DNA from: an uncultured Verrucomicrobiae bacterium
GTDB taxonomy: Bacteria > Verrucomicrobiota > Verrucomicrobiia > Limisphaerales > JAFGQR01
Reading direction: 5' to 3'
Assembly (NCBI GenBank): GCA_963788655.1
Contig: CAWBHS010000023.1
Coordinates: 19,053-83,052, forward strand
DNA: 64,000 nucleotides
Under the pieces are notes generated by a model, which saw only the letters and a program-made list of their open reading frames with translations, did not search any database and had not been told where the DNA came from. The position numbers and the translations under genes were made by a program. Each line of letters starts with the position of its first letter. The first letter of the stretch is position 1. This document shows positions 46,598 to 56,533 of the stretch, piece after piece.

Positions 46598-47397
46598 AAC
46601 GTGCTGCCGGCATCTTGCCGGCAGTTTGGAACGGCCCGACTAAACAAGGCCCAATGGCCAAAACCCAAAGCCGAGGGAATGTCCAGTTCTCCAATAACCA
46701 GTTGCTGGGCGCTCAGCGGATCACGGTTCTTTTGGACCTTGGGAATTGGTCATTCTCTGGGGCTTGGTCATTGAAATTTGGTCATTCACATCCCGTCCGC
46801 GCTCTTTCATTCGACCGTGACACTTGCTTTCGTTTCTGCCGGCGGGACGCCGGCAGCACGTTGTTGCAGCGTGCTGCCGGCATCTTGCCGGCAGTTTGGA
46901 ACGGCCCGACTAAACAAGGCCCAATGGCCAAAACCCAAAGCCCAGAGAATGTCCAGTTCTCCAATGACCAGTTACTGGGCGCTCAGCGGATCACGGTTCT
47001 TTTGGACCTTGGGAATTGGTCATGCTCTGGGGCTTGGTCATTGAGATTTGGTCATTCACATCCCGTCCGCGCTCTTTCATTCGACCGTGACACTTGCTTT
47101 CGTTGTTTCTGCCGGCATCTTGCCGGCAGTTTGGAACGGCCCGACTAAACAAGGCCCAATGGCCAAAACCCAAAGCCCAGAGAATGTCCAGTTCTCCAAT
47201 AACCAGTTGCTGGGCGCTCAGCGGAGCACGGTTCACTTGGACCTTGGAAATTGGTCATTCTCTGGGGCTTGGTCATTGAGATTTGGTCATTCACATCCCG
47301 TCCGCGCTCTTTCATTCGACCGTGACACTTGCTTTCGTTTCTGCCGGCAAGATGCCGGCAGCACGCTGCAACAACGTGCTGCCGGCATCTCGCCGGT
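46598..47397. repeat. Three tandem near-identical REPIN-like units (periods 270 and 235 bp)
   Basis: The unit ctgccggcatcttgccggcagtttggaacggcccgactaaac... starts at 46604, 46874 and 47109. Confidence 0.95.
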
Positions 47398-47474
47398 CGG
47401 TCGAATGGAGAAAGGTTGTCGAAGAGAAAAATTCTCTTTCGCTTCCGGGAGACGGACTTTTATGCTGCGCCCGC

Positions 47475-48290
47475 ATGAATCCGGTTGCTCTGATCACCGG
47501 CGCTTCGCGCGGCATCGGCCGCGGCATTGCGCTTGCCCTGGCGAAGATCGGCCACGATGTGGTCGTGAATTTCGCCGGCAATCAGGCCGCCGCGCAACAA
47601 ACCGTCACCGATTGCGTGGTGCAGGCCAAAGCCGCCCATCACGCCATCCGCGCTGAAGTCTGCCAGGCCGATATTTCCCTGGCCGCGGAGCGCCAGAAGC
47701 TGATCGATTTCACCCGCGAGAAATTCGGCCGTCTGGATTTGCTGGTGAACAATGCCGGCGTTGCCCCAAACGTCCGGGCCGATCTGCTGGAAGCCGGTGA
47801 GGAGAGCTTTGACCGGCTGATAAACATCAACGTCAAAGGCCCCTACTTCCTCACTCAACTCGCCGCGCGCTGGATGATCGAGCAAGTGGAACAGCATCGC
47901 CGCGTGGCCGAGCGCGCCGCCGACTTCGCGTATCGCCCGAAGATCGTTACCGTCTCCTCGATCAGCGCCTACACCGCCTCGACCAATCGCGGCGATTACT
48001 GCGTGGCCAAAGCGGCGCTCTCGATGCTGACGCCGCTGTACGCCGCGCGCCTGGCGGAGTTTGGCATCAACGTCTATGAAATCCGCCCGGGCATCATCGC
48101 CACTGACATGACCGGCCCGGTGAAGGATAAATACGACCAACTCATCGCCAACGGACTGACGCCCATTTCGCGCTGGGGCCAGCCCGAGGACATCGGCAAA
48201 GCCGTGGTCGCCATTGCCCAGGATCTCCTGCCGTTTAGCACCGGCGAAGTTATCAACGTGGACGGCGGATTTCATTTGCGACGATTGTGA
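47475..48290 (+). CDS. SDR family oxidoreductase (3-ketoacyl-ACP reductase-like)
   Basis: [19 protein letters not shown] and VDGG motifs. Confidence 0.92.
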   Translation: MNPVALITGASRGIGRGIALALAKIGHDVVVNFAGNQAAAQQTVTDCVVQAKAAHHAIRAEVCQADISLAAERQKLIDFTREKFGRLDLLVNNAGVAPNVRADLLEAGEESFDRLININVKGPYFLTQLAARWMIEQVEQHRRVAERAADFAYRPKIVTVSSISAYTASTNRGDYCVAKAALSMLTPLYAARLAEFGINVYEIRPGIIATDMTGPVKDKYDQLIANGLTPISRWGQPEDIGKAVVAIAQDLLPFSTGEVINVDGGFHLRRL

Positions 48291-48306
48291 CGGACCCCAA
48301 CCAACC

Positions 48307-49737
48307 ATGCCCATCAAAATAGACCACCAACTGACTGTCCGGAAACTTGTACCCGCCATCGAACGATTGTTCGAACTGTCGGCACCCAAAATCCTGAGCA
48401 TCGAAAAAACCTGGCAACCCCAACACGGCACCCCGGTCTTCACCGTCAAAGGCCGTTACACCAGCCGTGGCTGGACGGAATGGACGCAAGGTTTTCAGTT
48501 CGGTTCGGCACTCCTGCAATTCGACGCCACCGGCGACGAACAGTTCCTCGAGATTGGGCGGCGCAAGACCATTGAGCTGATGGCCCCGCACGTGTCGCAC
48601 ACGGGAGTTCACGATCATGGATTCAACAACATTTCGACTTACGGCAATCTCTGGCGCCTGATGCGCGAAGGGAAAGTGCCTTTCAACGAACGCGAAAAGG
48701 AATTTTACGAACTGGCCTTAAAGATTTCCGGCGCCATCCAGGCAGCGCGGTGGACGGAGGTCAGCGGCGGTGGCGGTTTCATTTACTCGTTCAACGGCCC
48801 GCACTCGTTGTTCATCGACACCATGCGGTCACTGCGATCGTTGGCCGTGGCGCACCAACTCGGACACGTGTTGATGGGGGAACGCGACCGCAAGATTTCG
48901 CTGCTGGAGCGGTTGTTCGATCACACCGAAACCACGGCGAAATACTCGGTTTATTACGGGGACGGTCGCGATCTTTACGACGTGCGAGGCCGCACGGCCC
49001 ATGAAATCATCTTCAATGTCAACAACGGCGATTACCGTTGTCCGAACACCCAACAAGGCTATTCGCCGTTCAGCACCTGGACGCGCGGCTTGGCCTGGGC
49101 CATCTCTGGTTTTGCGGAACAATTGGAGTTCCTCCGTTACCTGAAAGCCGGCGCCCGGCATCGCCAGAACGATTCGCCGGTTTGGGAAGAAGCCCGACGC
49201 CTGCTGAAAAAGATCAAGGCCACCACGGGCCTGCTGTTGAACGCGGCCACGGCGACCTCGGATTTCTATCTCGCCAACTCCTGCACCGACGGCATCCCAA
49301 TGTGGGACACTGGCGCGCCGAATTTGCCACGCCTCGGCGACTATTTGCAGAAGCCCGCGAACCCCTTCAATGCCTGGGAGCCTGTGGACAGTTCGACGGC
49401 CGCCATTGCGGCGCAAGGCTTGGTGCGGTTGGGCAATTTCCTGACTGACGCCGGCGACAAGCAGAGCGGAACGCGCTATCGCCAGGCCGGCCTGACGGTT
49501 GCCCGGACTTTGTTCAGCGAGCCGTATTTATCCACCAATCCCAAACACCAGGGACTGATCCTGCACTCCGTTTATCATCGGCCCAATCATTGGGACTATA
49601 TGGCGCCCGGCCAAGAAGTGCCGAACGGCGAGAGCTCGATGTGGGGCGACTACCACGCGCGCGAACTGGCCGTATTGCTGTGGCGTGAGGCACGCGGCGA
49701 GGCGTATCCGACGTTTTTTGATTACACGCAAGGTTGA
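48307..49737 (+). CDS. Glycoside hydrolase, GH88-like (alpha/alpha)6 barrel
   Basis: WTQGF, HDHGF, FIDTM, QQGYSPFSTWTRGLAW, DSSTAAI and WGDYH motifs. Confidence 0.85.
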   Translation: MPIKIDHQLTVRKLVPAIERLFELSAPKILSIEKTWQPQHGTPVFTVKGRYTSRGWTEWTQGFQFGSALLQFDATGDEQFLEIGRRKTIELMAPHVSHTGVHDHGFNNISTYGNLWRLMREGKVPFNEREKEFYELALKISGAIQAARWTEVSGGGGFIYSFNGPHSLFIDTMRSLRSLAVAHQLGHVLMGERDRKISLLERLFDHTETTAKYSVYYGDGRDLYDVRGRTAHEIIFNVNNGDYRCPNTQQGYSPFSTWTRGLAWAISGFAEQLEFLRYLKAGARHRQNDSPVWEEARRLLKKIKATTGLLLNAATATSDFYLANSCTDGIPMWDTGAPNLPRLGDYLQKPANPFNAWEPVDSSTAAIAAQGLVRLGNFLTDAGDKQSGTRYRQAGLTVARTLFSEPYLSTNPKHQGLILHSVYHRPNHWDYMAPGQEVPNGESSMWGDYHARELAVLLWREARGEAYPTFFDYTQG

Positions 49738-49875
49738 TCCTAATCCTATTGGTCCGATCTTCGGACTTCCTTCGGTCCTCGCCGCTGTTCAATCTTATCG
49801 TCTGCATTTGCAGTTCAAAACTTCCCCTTGCGTTGCTGGGCGTGTCCCCTATGATCGCGTTTGAAAAGAGTGATT

Positions 49876-51366
49876 ATGAACGTTCGCAAACGGGATGCGG
49901 TGAGCTACGCCAAGACTGGCATCGAGGGGTTGGACCAGGTTCTGCACGGCGGCTTTACCAGCGGTTCCATCCACCTCGTCGAGGGCGAATCCGGCGCCGG
50001 CAAGACCACGCTGGCCCTGCAATTCTGCCTCGAGGGTGCCCGCCGCCGGGAAAGCGTCCTGTATGTGACCCTGGCCGAGACGCGCCGCGAGATCGAAATC
50101 ATCATCCGCTCCCACGGGTGGACTGCGCCGCGGTTGCGCATCGTGGAACCGGTCGCCACCGAGACAAAACCGACGACCCTGTTTCATCCCTCCGAGGTCG
50201 AGCTGGGCGAGACGATGAAGCGCTTGAAGGCGGAAGTGGCCCGGGTGCGGCCCCGGCGGTTGGTCATTGATTCCTTGTCGGAAATCCGGCTGCTGGCGCA
50301 AAGCTCGCTGCGGTATCGCCGCGAACTGCTGGAGTTGAAACAATTCCTCATCCGCTATCGCTGCACCGTCTTGCTGATCGAGGAAACCGCCTCGAATAGC
50401 ACGCCGCGGAGCCTGTTGGACGGGGTGCTCCTGCTCGAACAACTGGCGCCGGCTTATGGTATCGAACGCCGTCGGTTGCGGATTTTGAAAATGCGGGCGC
50501 GGGACTACGCGTGCGGCTTTCACGACTACGTCATTCGCCGCGGCGGGCTGCAGGTCTTTCCGCGGTTGGTGGCGGCGCGGCATCGGACCGGGCGCAAGCT
50601 GCGCCTGATGCCCGCCGGGGTGGCGGCGCTGGACGACTTGCTGGGCGGCGGCGTGGCGGCCGGCACCAGTTCCCTGCTGCTGGGACCGGCCGGCACGGGC
50701 AAGTCTTCCCTGGCCATGCAGTTTGCGCTGAGCGCGGTCCGGCGGGGCAGCAACGCCACGTTCTTCATGTTCGACGAACGGCCGGAGGTTCTGCGCCAAC
50801 GCAGCGCCGGCCTGGGCATGCGGCTCGATCCGCACCTCAAGTCCGGCCGGCTGCACCTTCATCCGGTCGATCCGGCGGAATTGTCGCCGGGCCAGTTTGC
50901 CGACCTGATTCGGCGGGAAGTCGTGACGCGGAACGTGGAAGTCGTGGTGATCGACAGTCTGAACGGGTACCTGCACGCCATGACCGAGGAGCATTATCCG
51001 ATTCTGCAAATGCACGAGTTGCTGAGTTACCTCGGGCAGCAGGGCGTGATGACGTTGCTGGTCATGGCGCAAATCGGCATTGTCGGCCAATTGGAAAGCC
51101 CCATCGATACCAGCTATCTGACGGACAACGTGATCCTGCTGCGCTATTTCGAGGCGGAGGGCCTGGTGCGCCAGGCCATCTCCGTGGTCAAGCAACGCTC
51201 CGGGTCGCACGAACGCAGCATTCGCGAATTCCAATTGACTTCCCGGGGCATCGTGATTGGCCGGCCGTTGCGGCAGTTTCAAGGCGTGCTGGCCGGCACC
51301 CCCACTTACACGGGCGCGCCCAGCCAACTCTTGGAGGCGAACCATGCCGAGGCCCAAACGTCCTGA
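49876..51366 (+). CDS. KaiC-like double-domain ATPase
   Basis: Two RecA domains (GESGAGKT and GPAGTGKS), each with VIDSL; VVKQRSGSHERSIREF. Confidence 0.92.
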   Translation: MNVRKRDAVSYAKTGIEGLDQVLHGGFTSGSIHLVEGESGAGKTTLALQFCLEGARRRESVLYVTLAETRREIEIIIRSHGWTAPRLRIVEPVATETKPTTLFHPSEVELGETMKRLKAEVARVRPRRLVIDSLSEIRLLAQSSLRYRRELLELKQFLIRYRCTVLLIEETASNSTPRSLLDGVLLLEQLAPAYGIERRRLRILKMRARDYACGFHDYVIRRGGLQVFPRLVAARHRTGRKLRLMPAGVAALDDLLGGGVAAGTSSLLLGPAGTGKSSLAMQFALSAVRRGSNATFFMFDERPEVLRQRSAGLGMRLDPHLKSGRLHLHPVDPAELSPGQFADLIRREVVTRNVEVVVIDSLNGYLHAMTEEHYPILQMHELLSYLGQQGVMTLLVMAQIGIVGQLESPIDTSYLTDNVILLRYFEAEGLVRQAISVVKQRSGSHERSIREFQLTSRGIVIGRPLRQFQGVLAGTPTYTGAPSQLLEANHAEAQTS

Positions 51367-53980
51367 GTCCCCCAGCCGGGTGCTGGTGGGAGTGCCCGGG
51401 GCCGAGGACGCCGCCGTGCTGCAACGGCTCCTGGCCCAGGAAGGCGTCGGCAGCCACCACTGTCGCTCGCTCACCGGGCTGTGCCGCGGGCTGGAATCGG
51501 CGCCGGACGCCGTCATCGTGTGCGAAGAATTGCTGGGCGACGGCGGCATCACCGCCCTGGCGAGGGCGCTGCAACCACAACCGGAATGGTCCGATCTGCC
51601 GGTGTTGCTCATGGTTTCGGGCGGCTCGGAATCGCCCCTCGCCCTCGCCGCCATGCAGGAATTGCCCCACGTCCTGTTGCTGGACCGGCCGATGCGCCTG
51701 GCCACGTTCACCAGCGCGCTGCGCCTGGCATTGCAGTCGCGCCGCCGGCAAAAACAAGTTCGCGATTTCCTGGTTGAGCGGCAGCAGGTCGAAGCGATCC
51801 TGCGCCAACGCGAGGCCGAGGCGCGCGCCGCGGCGGCGGACCTGGGCGCGCTCATGGACGCCGTGCCGGCCATCACCTTCGTGGCGCGCGGCTCCCGGTG
51901 CCGGAAGATCACGATGAACCGGGCCGCGGCACAATTGCTGCGGCTGCCCCCCGCGGCCAACAGTTCGCTGACCGCGCCGCCCGCCCGCCGGCCCCGTCAT
52001 TTCCAGGCCTTTCAGGACGGCAAACGGCTGGCGAACACCGCGCTGCCCATGCAACGGGCCGCCGCCCGCGGCGAGGAGATCCGCGGCTTCGAATTCACCC
52101 TTGTATTTGATGACGGCACGTCCCGGGAGCTCATCGGCAACGCGGTGCCGCTGCGCGACGAGCGGGGCGCGGCGCGGGGCGCCATCGGGGCGTTTGTCGA
52201 TATCACCGACCGCCAGCGGGCCGAAGTCGCCTTGCGCCAAAGCGAGCAGGAGTACCGGGCGATGTTTGAATTGATGGGCGTGGGCAAAGCCGAAGCGGAC
52301 CCCCGCACCGGCCGTTTTCTGCGCGTGAACCGGAAGTTCTGCGAGCTCACCGGCTATTCCGAGGACGAACTGCTGCACCTGACCTTTGTGGAGCTGACGC
52401 ATCCTGAAGACCGCGCGGCGGACCAGGCCCGTTTCCGGCGGGCGATGGCGGGCCGAAGCGCCGATTGGGTCAGCGAGAAACGGTATCGCCGTAAGGACGG
52501 GCAAACCATTTTCGTCGCGGTCAACGGCACGCTGATGCGCGATGCGCGCGGCCGGCCGTGGCGGAGTATTGCCGTGGTGCAGGACGTGAGCGAGCGCTGG
52601 CGCGCCGAGGAATCCCTCCGGCTGGCCAACGCCGAACTGGAGGAACGCGTGCGGCAGCGGACCCAGGAATTGCTGGACACCATCGCCCACCTGGAAGAGG
52701 AAGCGCGCCAACGAATGGACGCGGAGCAAACCCTGCGACGCACCAACCAGGAACTGCGGTCCCGCACCGAGCAACTCGCCCGCCTGACGCTCGAGTTGAA
52801 CCAGGCCGAGGAACGCGAGCGGCGCCGGATTGCCCAGATCCTGCACGACCACCTGCAACAATTGCTGGTGGGCGCGCGCATGCAACTGAGCATCATTCAG
52901 CAAGAAAGCACCAAGGCCGACGTTAGGGCATTGGTGGCCAAGACCGACAGCTACCTCGACGAGGCGGTCCGGGAATCCCGCTCGCTCACCGGCCAATTGG
53001 CCCCGCCGGTCCTCCATGAGGGAGGCTTGGCGGCCGGTTTGGAATGGTTGGCCCGCTGGATGAAGGAAAAGCATGATTTGACCGTGGAACTCTACTTGGC
53101 TTCCGAAGATTTGCCGGCCAACGCTACGGTGCGGGTTCTGCTGTTCGAGGCGGTGCGCGAACTGTTGTTCAACATCGTCAAGCACGCTGGCGTGCGCACC
53201 GCTGCCGTCACCCTGGATCGTCCCCAAGCAACATGTCTGCGCGTCGAAGTCGCCGACCGCGGCGCCGGCTTCCAGCCCTCACGGTCGCTCGCCGAAGCCC
53301 GCGGCGCCGGTTTTGGTTTGTACAGCGTGGGCGAACGCCTCCAACTCCTGGGCGGCCGGATGACCGTCCAAAGCAAGCCCCGCCAGGGAACGCGCATTAC
53401 GATCACCGTGCCGTTGTCGCTCAAAACCGCGGCGCCGGAGACGGACCCCAGCGCGGGAACGACGTCCGGCGAAGCCGCGGCGGCGCCGGCCCCCCCGACG
53501 CCCGCGCGGTCCACCGGCAACCTCCGGATTCTGGTGGTGGACGACCATCAAATTCTGCGCGACGGACTGGTGAATCTGCTGAGCCAGCAACCCGGTTTTG
53601 AGGTGGTCGGCGAGGCGGCGGATGGCGAAACGGCGGTGAACCTTACCCGCGAATTGCGGCCGGACGAAGTGATCATGGACATCAATATGCCCGGCATGAA
53701 CGGGATCGAAGCCACGCGCCGCATCGCGCGCGAACATCCCGGGCTGCCGATCATTGGCCTGTCCATGCACGAGGAAGCCGACCGGGCAAGCACAATGAAG
53801 CAGGCGGGGGCGGCGGCCTACATCCACAAGAACGCGCCGATCGGCCAATTGCTGGCCCTCTTGCGCCAGCACGCGCCACGCCTCGCCGGCCACCCGCCGA
53901 AGCGAGCGCGACGCCGGGGCAAAGGGACAAGGGCGGAACAGTTGGCGGCCCGAAAAGTCAAAGGCGGCCCGAGCGGATAA
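51344..53980 (+). CDS. Hybrid sensor histidine kinase (degenerate REC, 2 PAS, HisKA_3, HATPase, REC)
   Basis: ERRRIAQILHDHLQQ, ELLFNIVKHA, DRGAGF, GFGL and MDINMPGMNG motifs; overlaps the end of the KaiC-like gene. Confidence 0.92.
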   Translation: MPRPKRPESPSRVLVGVPGAEDAAVLQRLLAQEGVGSHHCRSLTGLCRGLESAPDAVIVCEELLGDGGITALARALQPQPEWSDLPVLLMVSGGSESPLALAAMQELPHVLLLDRPMRLATFTSALRLALQSRRRQKQVRDFLVERQQVEAILRQREAEARAAAADLGALMDAVPAITFVARGSRCRKITMNRAAAQLLRLPPAANSSLTAPPARRPRHFQAFQDGKRLANTALPMQRAAARGEEIRGFEFTLVFDDGTSRELIGNAVPLRDERGAARGAIGAFVDITDRQRAEVALRQSEQEYRAMFELMGVGKAEADPRTGRFLRVNRKFCELTGYSEDELLHLTFVELTHPEDRAADQARFRRAMAGRSADWVSEKRYRRKDGQTIFVAVNGTLMRDARGRPWRSIAVVQDVSERWRAEESLRLANAELEERVRQRTQELLDTIAHLEEEARQRMDAEQTLRRTNQELRSRTEQLARLTLELNQAEERERRRIAQILHDHLQQLLVGARMQLSIIQQESTKADVRALVAKTDSYLDEAVRESRSLTGQLAPPVLHEGGLAAGLEWLARWMKEKHDLTVELYLASEDLPANATVRVLLFEAVRELLFNIVKHAGVRTAAVTLDRPQATCLRVEVADRGAGFQPSRSLAEARGAGFGLYSVGERLQLLGGRMTVQSKPRQGTRITITVPLSLKTAAPETDPSAGTTSGEAAAAPAPPTPARSTGNLRILVVDDHQILRDGLVNLLSQQPGFEVVGEAADGETAVNLTRELRPDEVIMDINMPGMNGIEATRRIAREHPGLPIIGLSMHEEADRASTMKQAGAAAYIHKNAPIGQLLALLRQHAPRLAGHPPKRARRRGKGTRAEQLAARKVKGGPSG

Positions 53981-54371
53981 GCCGCGACTCTTCAGTAGGA
54001 CAGGCGTCCCGCCTGTCTCGAACGACTGCCAACCAGCGATTGGCACCGCGGCGTAGAAAGTCATTCCAGGTCACCCCAAGGTGAGGATGTGCTTGGCCAT
54101 TCGAGACAGGCGAGACGCCTGTCCTACCGCGCCGAAGCGAGCGCGACGCCGGGGCAAAGGGACAAGGGCGGAACAGTTGGCGGCCCGAAAAGTCAAAGGC
54201 GGCCCGAGCGGATAAGCCGCGACTCTTCAGTAGGACAGGCGTCCCGCCTGTCTCGAACGACTGCCAACCAGCGATTTGCACCGCGGCGTAGAAAGTCATT
54301 CCAGGTCACCCCAAGGTGAGGATGTGCTTGGCCATTCGAGACAGGCGAGACGCCTGTCCTACCGCGCCGAA
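53895..54371. repeat. 235-bp tandem duplication of the kinase 3' end plus REP element
   Basis: 53895-54129 is nearly identical to 54130-54364; CGCCGAA occurs at 53895, 54130 and 54365. Confidence 0.95.
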
Positions 54372-54409
54372 TCGCATCATCACTGCTCCAGCTACTGAAT
54401 GGATACGGA
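54216..54409. mobile_element. 194-bp MITE-like element flanked by TAA direct repeats
   Basis: TAA-gccgcgactcttcagtag...ctactgaatggatacgga-TAA, with an inner GTAGGACAGGCG REP pair. Confidence 0.75.
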
Positions 54410-54538
54410 TAAGGATGTCCGCGCGCCGATTGAAGTCTCATCTTGAATGGGAACTGGAATGAGTTTTTCGGTTTTGTTCTCGATCAATCCCGCAGCCTGA
54501 ATTAGTGTCGCGCCTGACAGCAATCAACGCGCATTTTG

Positions 54539-56026
54539 ATGGAACCGCAACCCGCTTTCAAACTCACCCGCATCCCGGCCTTGAAAACGGTCGAGGACTT
54601 CCGCCGTCACCTGAACACGCTGGGCCTGGAGTTGCCTTGCGATGACGCCATCGTATCCGGCAGCGATTCACCGTTGGCGCAGCCGGTTTCCAGCGTCACC
54701 ATGAATGGCAAAACCATTGGCAACCGCTGGGCGGTCCTGCCGATGGAAGGCTGGGATGGTACGACCGATGGCGGACCTTCACCGGACACATTGCGCCGCT
54801 GGCAGCGGTTCGGAGAGAGCGGCGCCAAATTGATTTATGGCGGGGAAGCCATGGCGGTGCGCGCCGATGGCCGGGCCAATCCGCGTCAAGTCATGATCAC
54901 GCCTGACCACGTGGTCGGACTGAAGCGGTTGCGCGAGACATTGGTCGCCCGGCACCAGGAACTGTATGGGCGCACCGACGACCTGGTGATTGGGTTTCAA
55001 CTCACGCACTCCGGCCGGTTCAGCAAGCCGCACGACAACAACCTCAGGGAACCGCGCGTGGCCTATCGTCATCCGTTGCTGGATGCGCGTTTCGACGTGA
55101 CGAATGACGCGCAAGTATTCACCGATGCGGAAGTCGAGCAGTTGATCCAGGATTACGTCCGCGCCGCCCAAGCTGCCGCCGATGCGGGCGCCGATTTTGT
55201 GGACATCAAGCATTGCCACGGCTACCTGCTCCACGAATTCCTGAGCGCCCACACCCGTCCCGGCAAATACGGCGGTTCATTTGCCAACCGCACGCGGCCG
55301 TTACGCGAAATCGTGAACGGCATTCGGTCCTCCGGAAATCCGATTGACCTGGGCGTGCGGTTGAGCGCGTTTGACTTCGTGCCGTTTCATCCCGACCCGT
55401 CGTTATCGCAACCGGGCAAATTGGGGCCGGGCATTCCGGAAGACTATTCGCATTGCCGGCCGTATCGCTACGCGTTTGGGGTGAATCCGGATCATCCCGT
55501 GGAATACGATCTGACGGAGGCTTTTCAATTCGTGGAACTCTGCGCCGAATTGGGGGTGAAGATTCTAAACGTCAGCGCGGGTTCGCCGTACTACAACCCG
55601 CACATCCAACGTCCGGCGGCCTATCCGCCGTCCGACGGGTATCGGCCGCCGTACGATCCGTTGATCGATGTGGCCCGACAAATCAATGTGGTGCGCCAAC
55701 TCAAAGCCAAAGCCTCGAGGAACATGGTCGTCGTCGGGTCGGCCTACAGTTATCTGCAAGAATACCTGCCGCACGTCGCGCAGGCCGTGATCCGCGCGGG
55801 CTGGGCCGATATGGTGGGCATTGGCCGGGCGGTGCTGAGTTATCCCGCGGTGCTGGCGGATGCCGTCAGCAAAGGCGCGCTCACCCCACGGTTCATCTGC
55901 CGCACGTTCAGCGACTGCACAACGGCGCCACGCAGCGGAATGATCAGCGGCTGCTATCCGTTGGACAAACACTTCAGCGAGAAACCCGAGGCGCAGCGGC
56001 TGAAACAAATAAAGAAAGGCCTGTAA
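54539..56026 (+). CDS. NADH:flavin oxidoreductase (Old Yellow Enzyme family)
   Basis: NRWAVLPMEG, QLTHSGR, DFVDIKHCHGYLLHEFLS and YGGSFANRTR motifs. Confidence 0.92.
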   Translation: MEPQPAFKLTRIPALKTVEDFRRHLNTLGLELPCDDAIVSGSDSPLAQPVSSVTMNGKTIGNRWAVLPMEGWDGTTDGGPSPDTLRRWQRFGESGAKLIYGGEAMAVRADGRANPRQVMITPDHVVGLKRLRETLVARHQELYGRTDDLVIGFQLTHSGRFSKPHDNNLREPRVAYRHPLLDARFDVTNDAQVFTDAEVEQLIQDYVRAAQAAADAGADFVDIKHCHGYLLHEFLSAHTRPGKYGGSFANRTRPLREIVNGIRSSGNPIDLGVRLSAFDFVPFHPDPSLSQPGKLGPGIPEDYSHCRPYRYAFGVNPDHPVEYDLTEAFQFVELCAELGVKILNVSAGSPYYNPHIQRPAAYPPSDGYRPPYDPLIDVARQINVVRQLKAKASRNMVVVGSAYSYLQEYLPHVAQAVIRAGWADMVGIGRAVLSYPAVLADAVSKGALTPRFICRTFSDCTTAPRSGMISGCYPLDKHFSEKPEAQRLKQIKKGL

Positions 56027-56061
56027 CGAAAACCAGCGCGACACTGTCACAACGTAGTCCG

Positions 56062-56426
56062 GGTAGGGCGAGACTCCGTCGAGCCCTGACTTCCCTGAGC
56101 CGTATCGATGCAATGGTGTTTGGGGAGCGCGCCCGCCTCGGGCGCTGCCAACCGGCGCCCTCGCCGGTTGGTCCAGCGATTGAGCAGTCACTGAAAAGTG
56201 AGCTATTCGGGGTGTTCGGAAGTGGTTGGCGAGGCGCCAACCACAGCGCCCGAGGCGGGCGCGCTCCCCTTTTGACTGAATCGTTGCGGCTGAGCGGGGT
56301 CGTCAATGAAAAGCTGGGAAAGGGATATTCATTGATCGTCGAGCGTCGAGAGCTTCCCGCGGTTTCGGCTTGTGGTATTCGGCAGCCATGCGGGGAAGTC
56401 AGGGCGCGACGGAGTCTCGCCCTACC
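56062..56426. repeat. REPIN (GGTAGGGCGAGACTCCGTCGAGCC family) with a nested 192-bp insertion at 56099-56290
   Basis: Terminal inverted REPs; homologous to 57140-57311 and 59300-59470 once the insert is removed. Confidence 0.85.
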
Positions 56427-56533
56427 GGGGCCGCACCGCAGTCTGAAAATGTGCGCCCGCCGCGCAAGCTCATCCCACTTCAACACTTCAACCCTTTAAC
56501 CCTTCAACTTTGAACCCACCAAAAATCATCGCC

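Noticed and set aside
46598..47397. Possible CRISPR array
   Set aside because: The sequences between palindromes are near-identical ~200-bp copies rather than unique spacers, and no cas genes are present.
46382..47474. ORFs with repeated peptides upstream of the SDR gene
   Set aside because: They are translations of the tandem repeat units; the SDR most likely starts at 47475.
49876..51366. Circadian clock kaiC
   Set aside because: No kaiA or kaiB nearby, and the context is that of non-clock KaiC-like ATPases, so no gene symbol is assigned.
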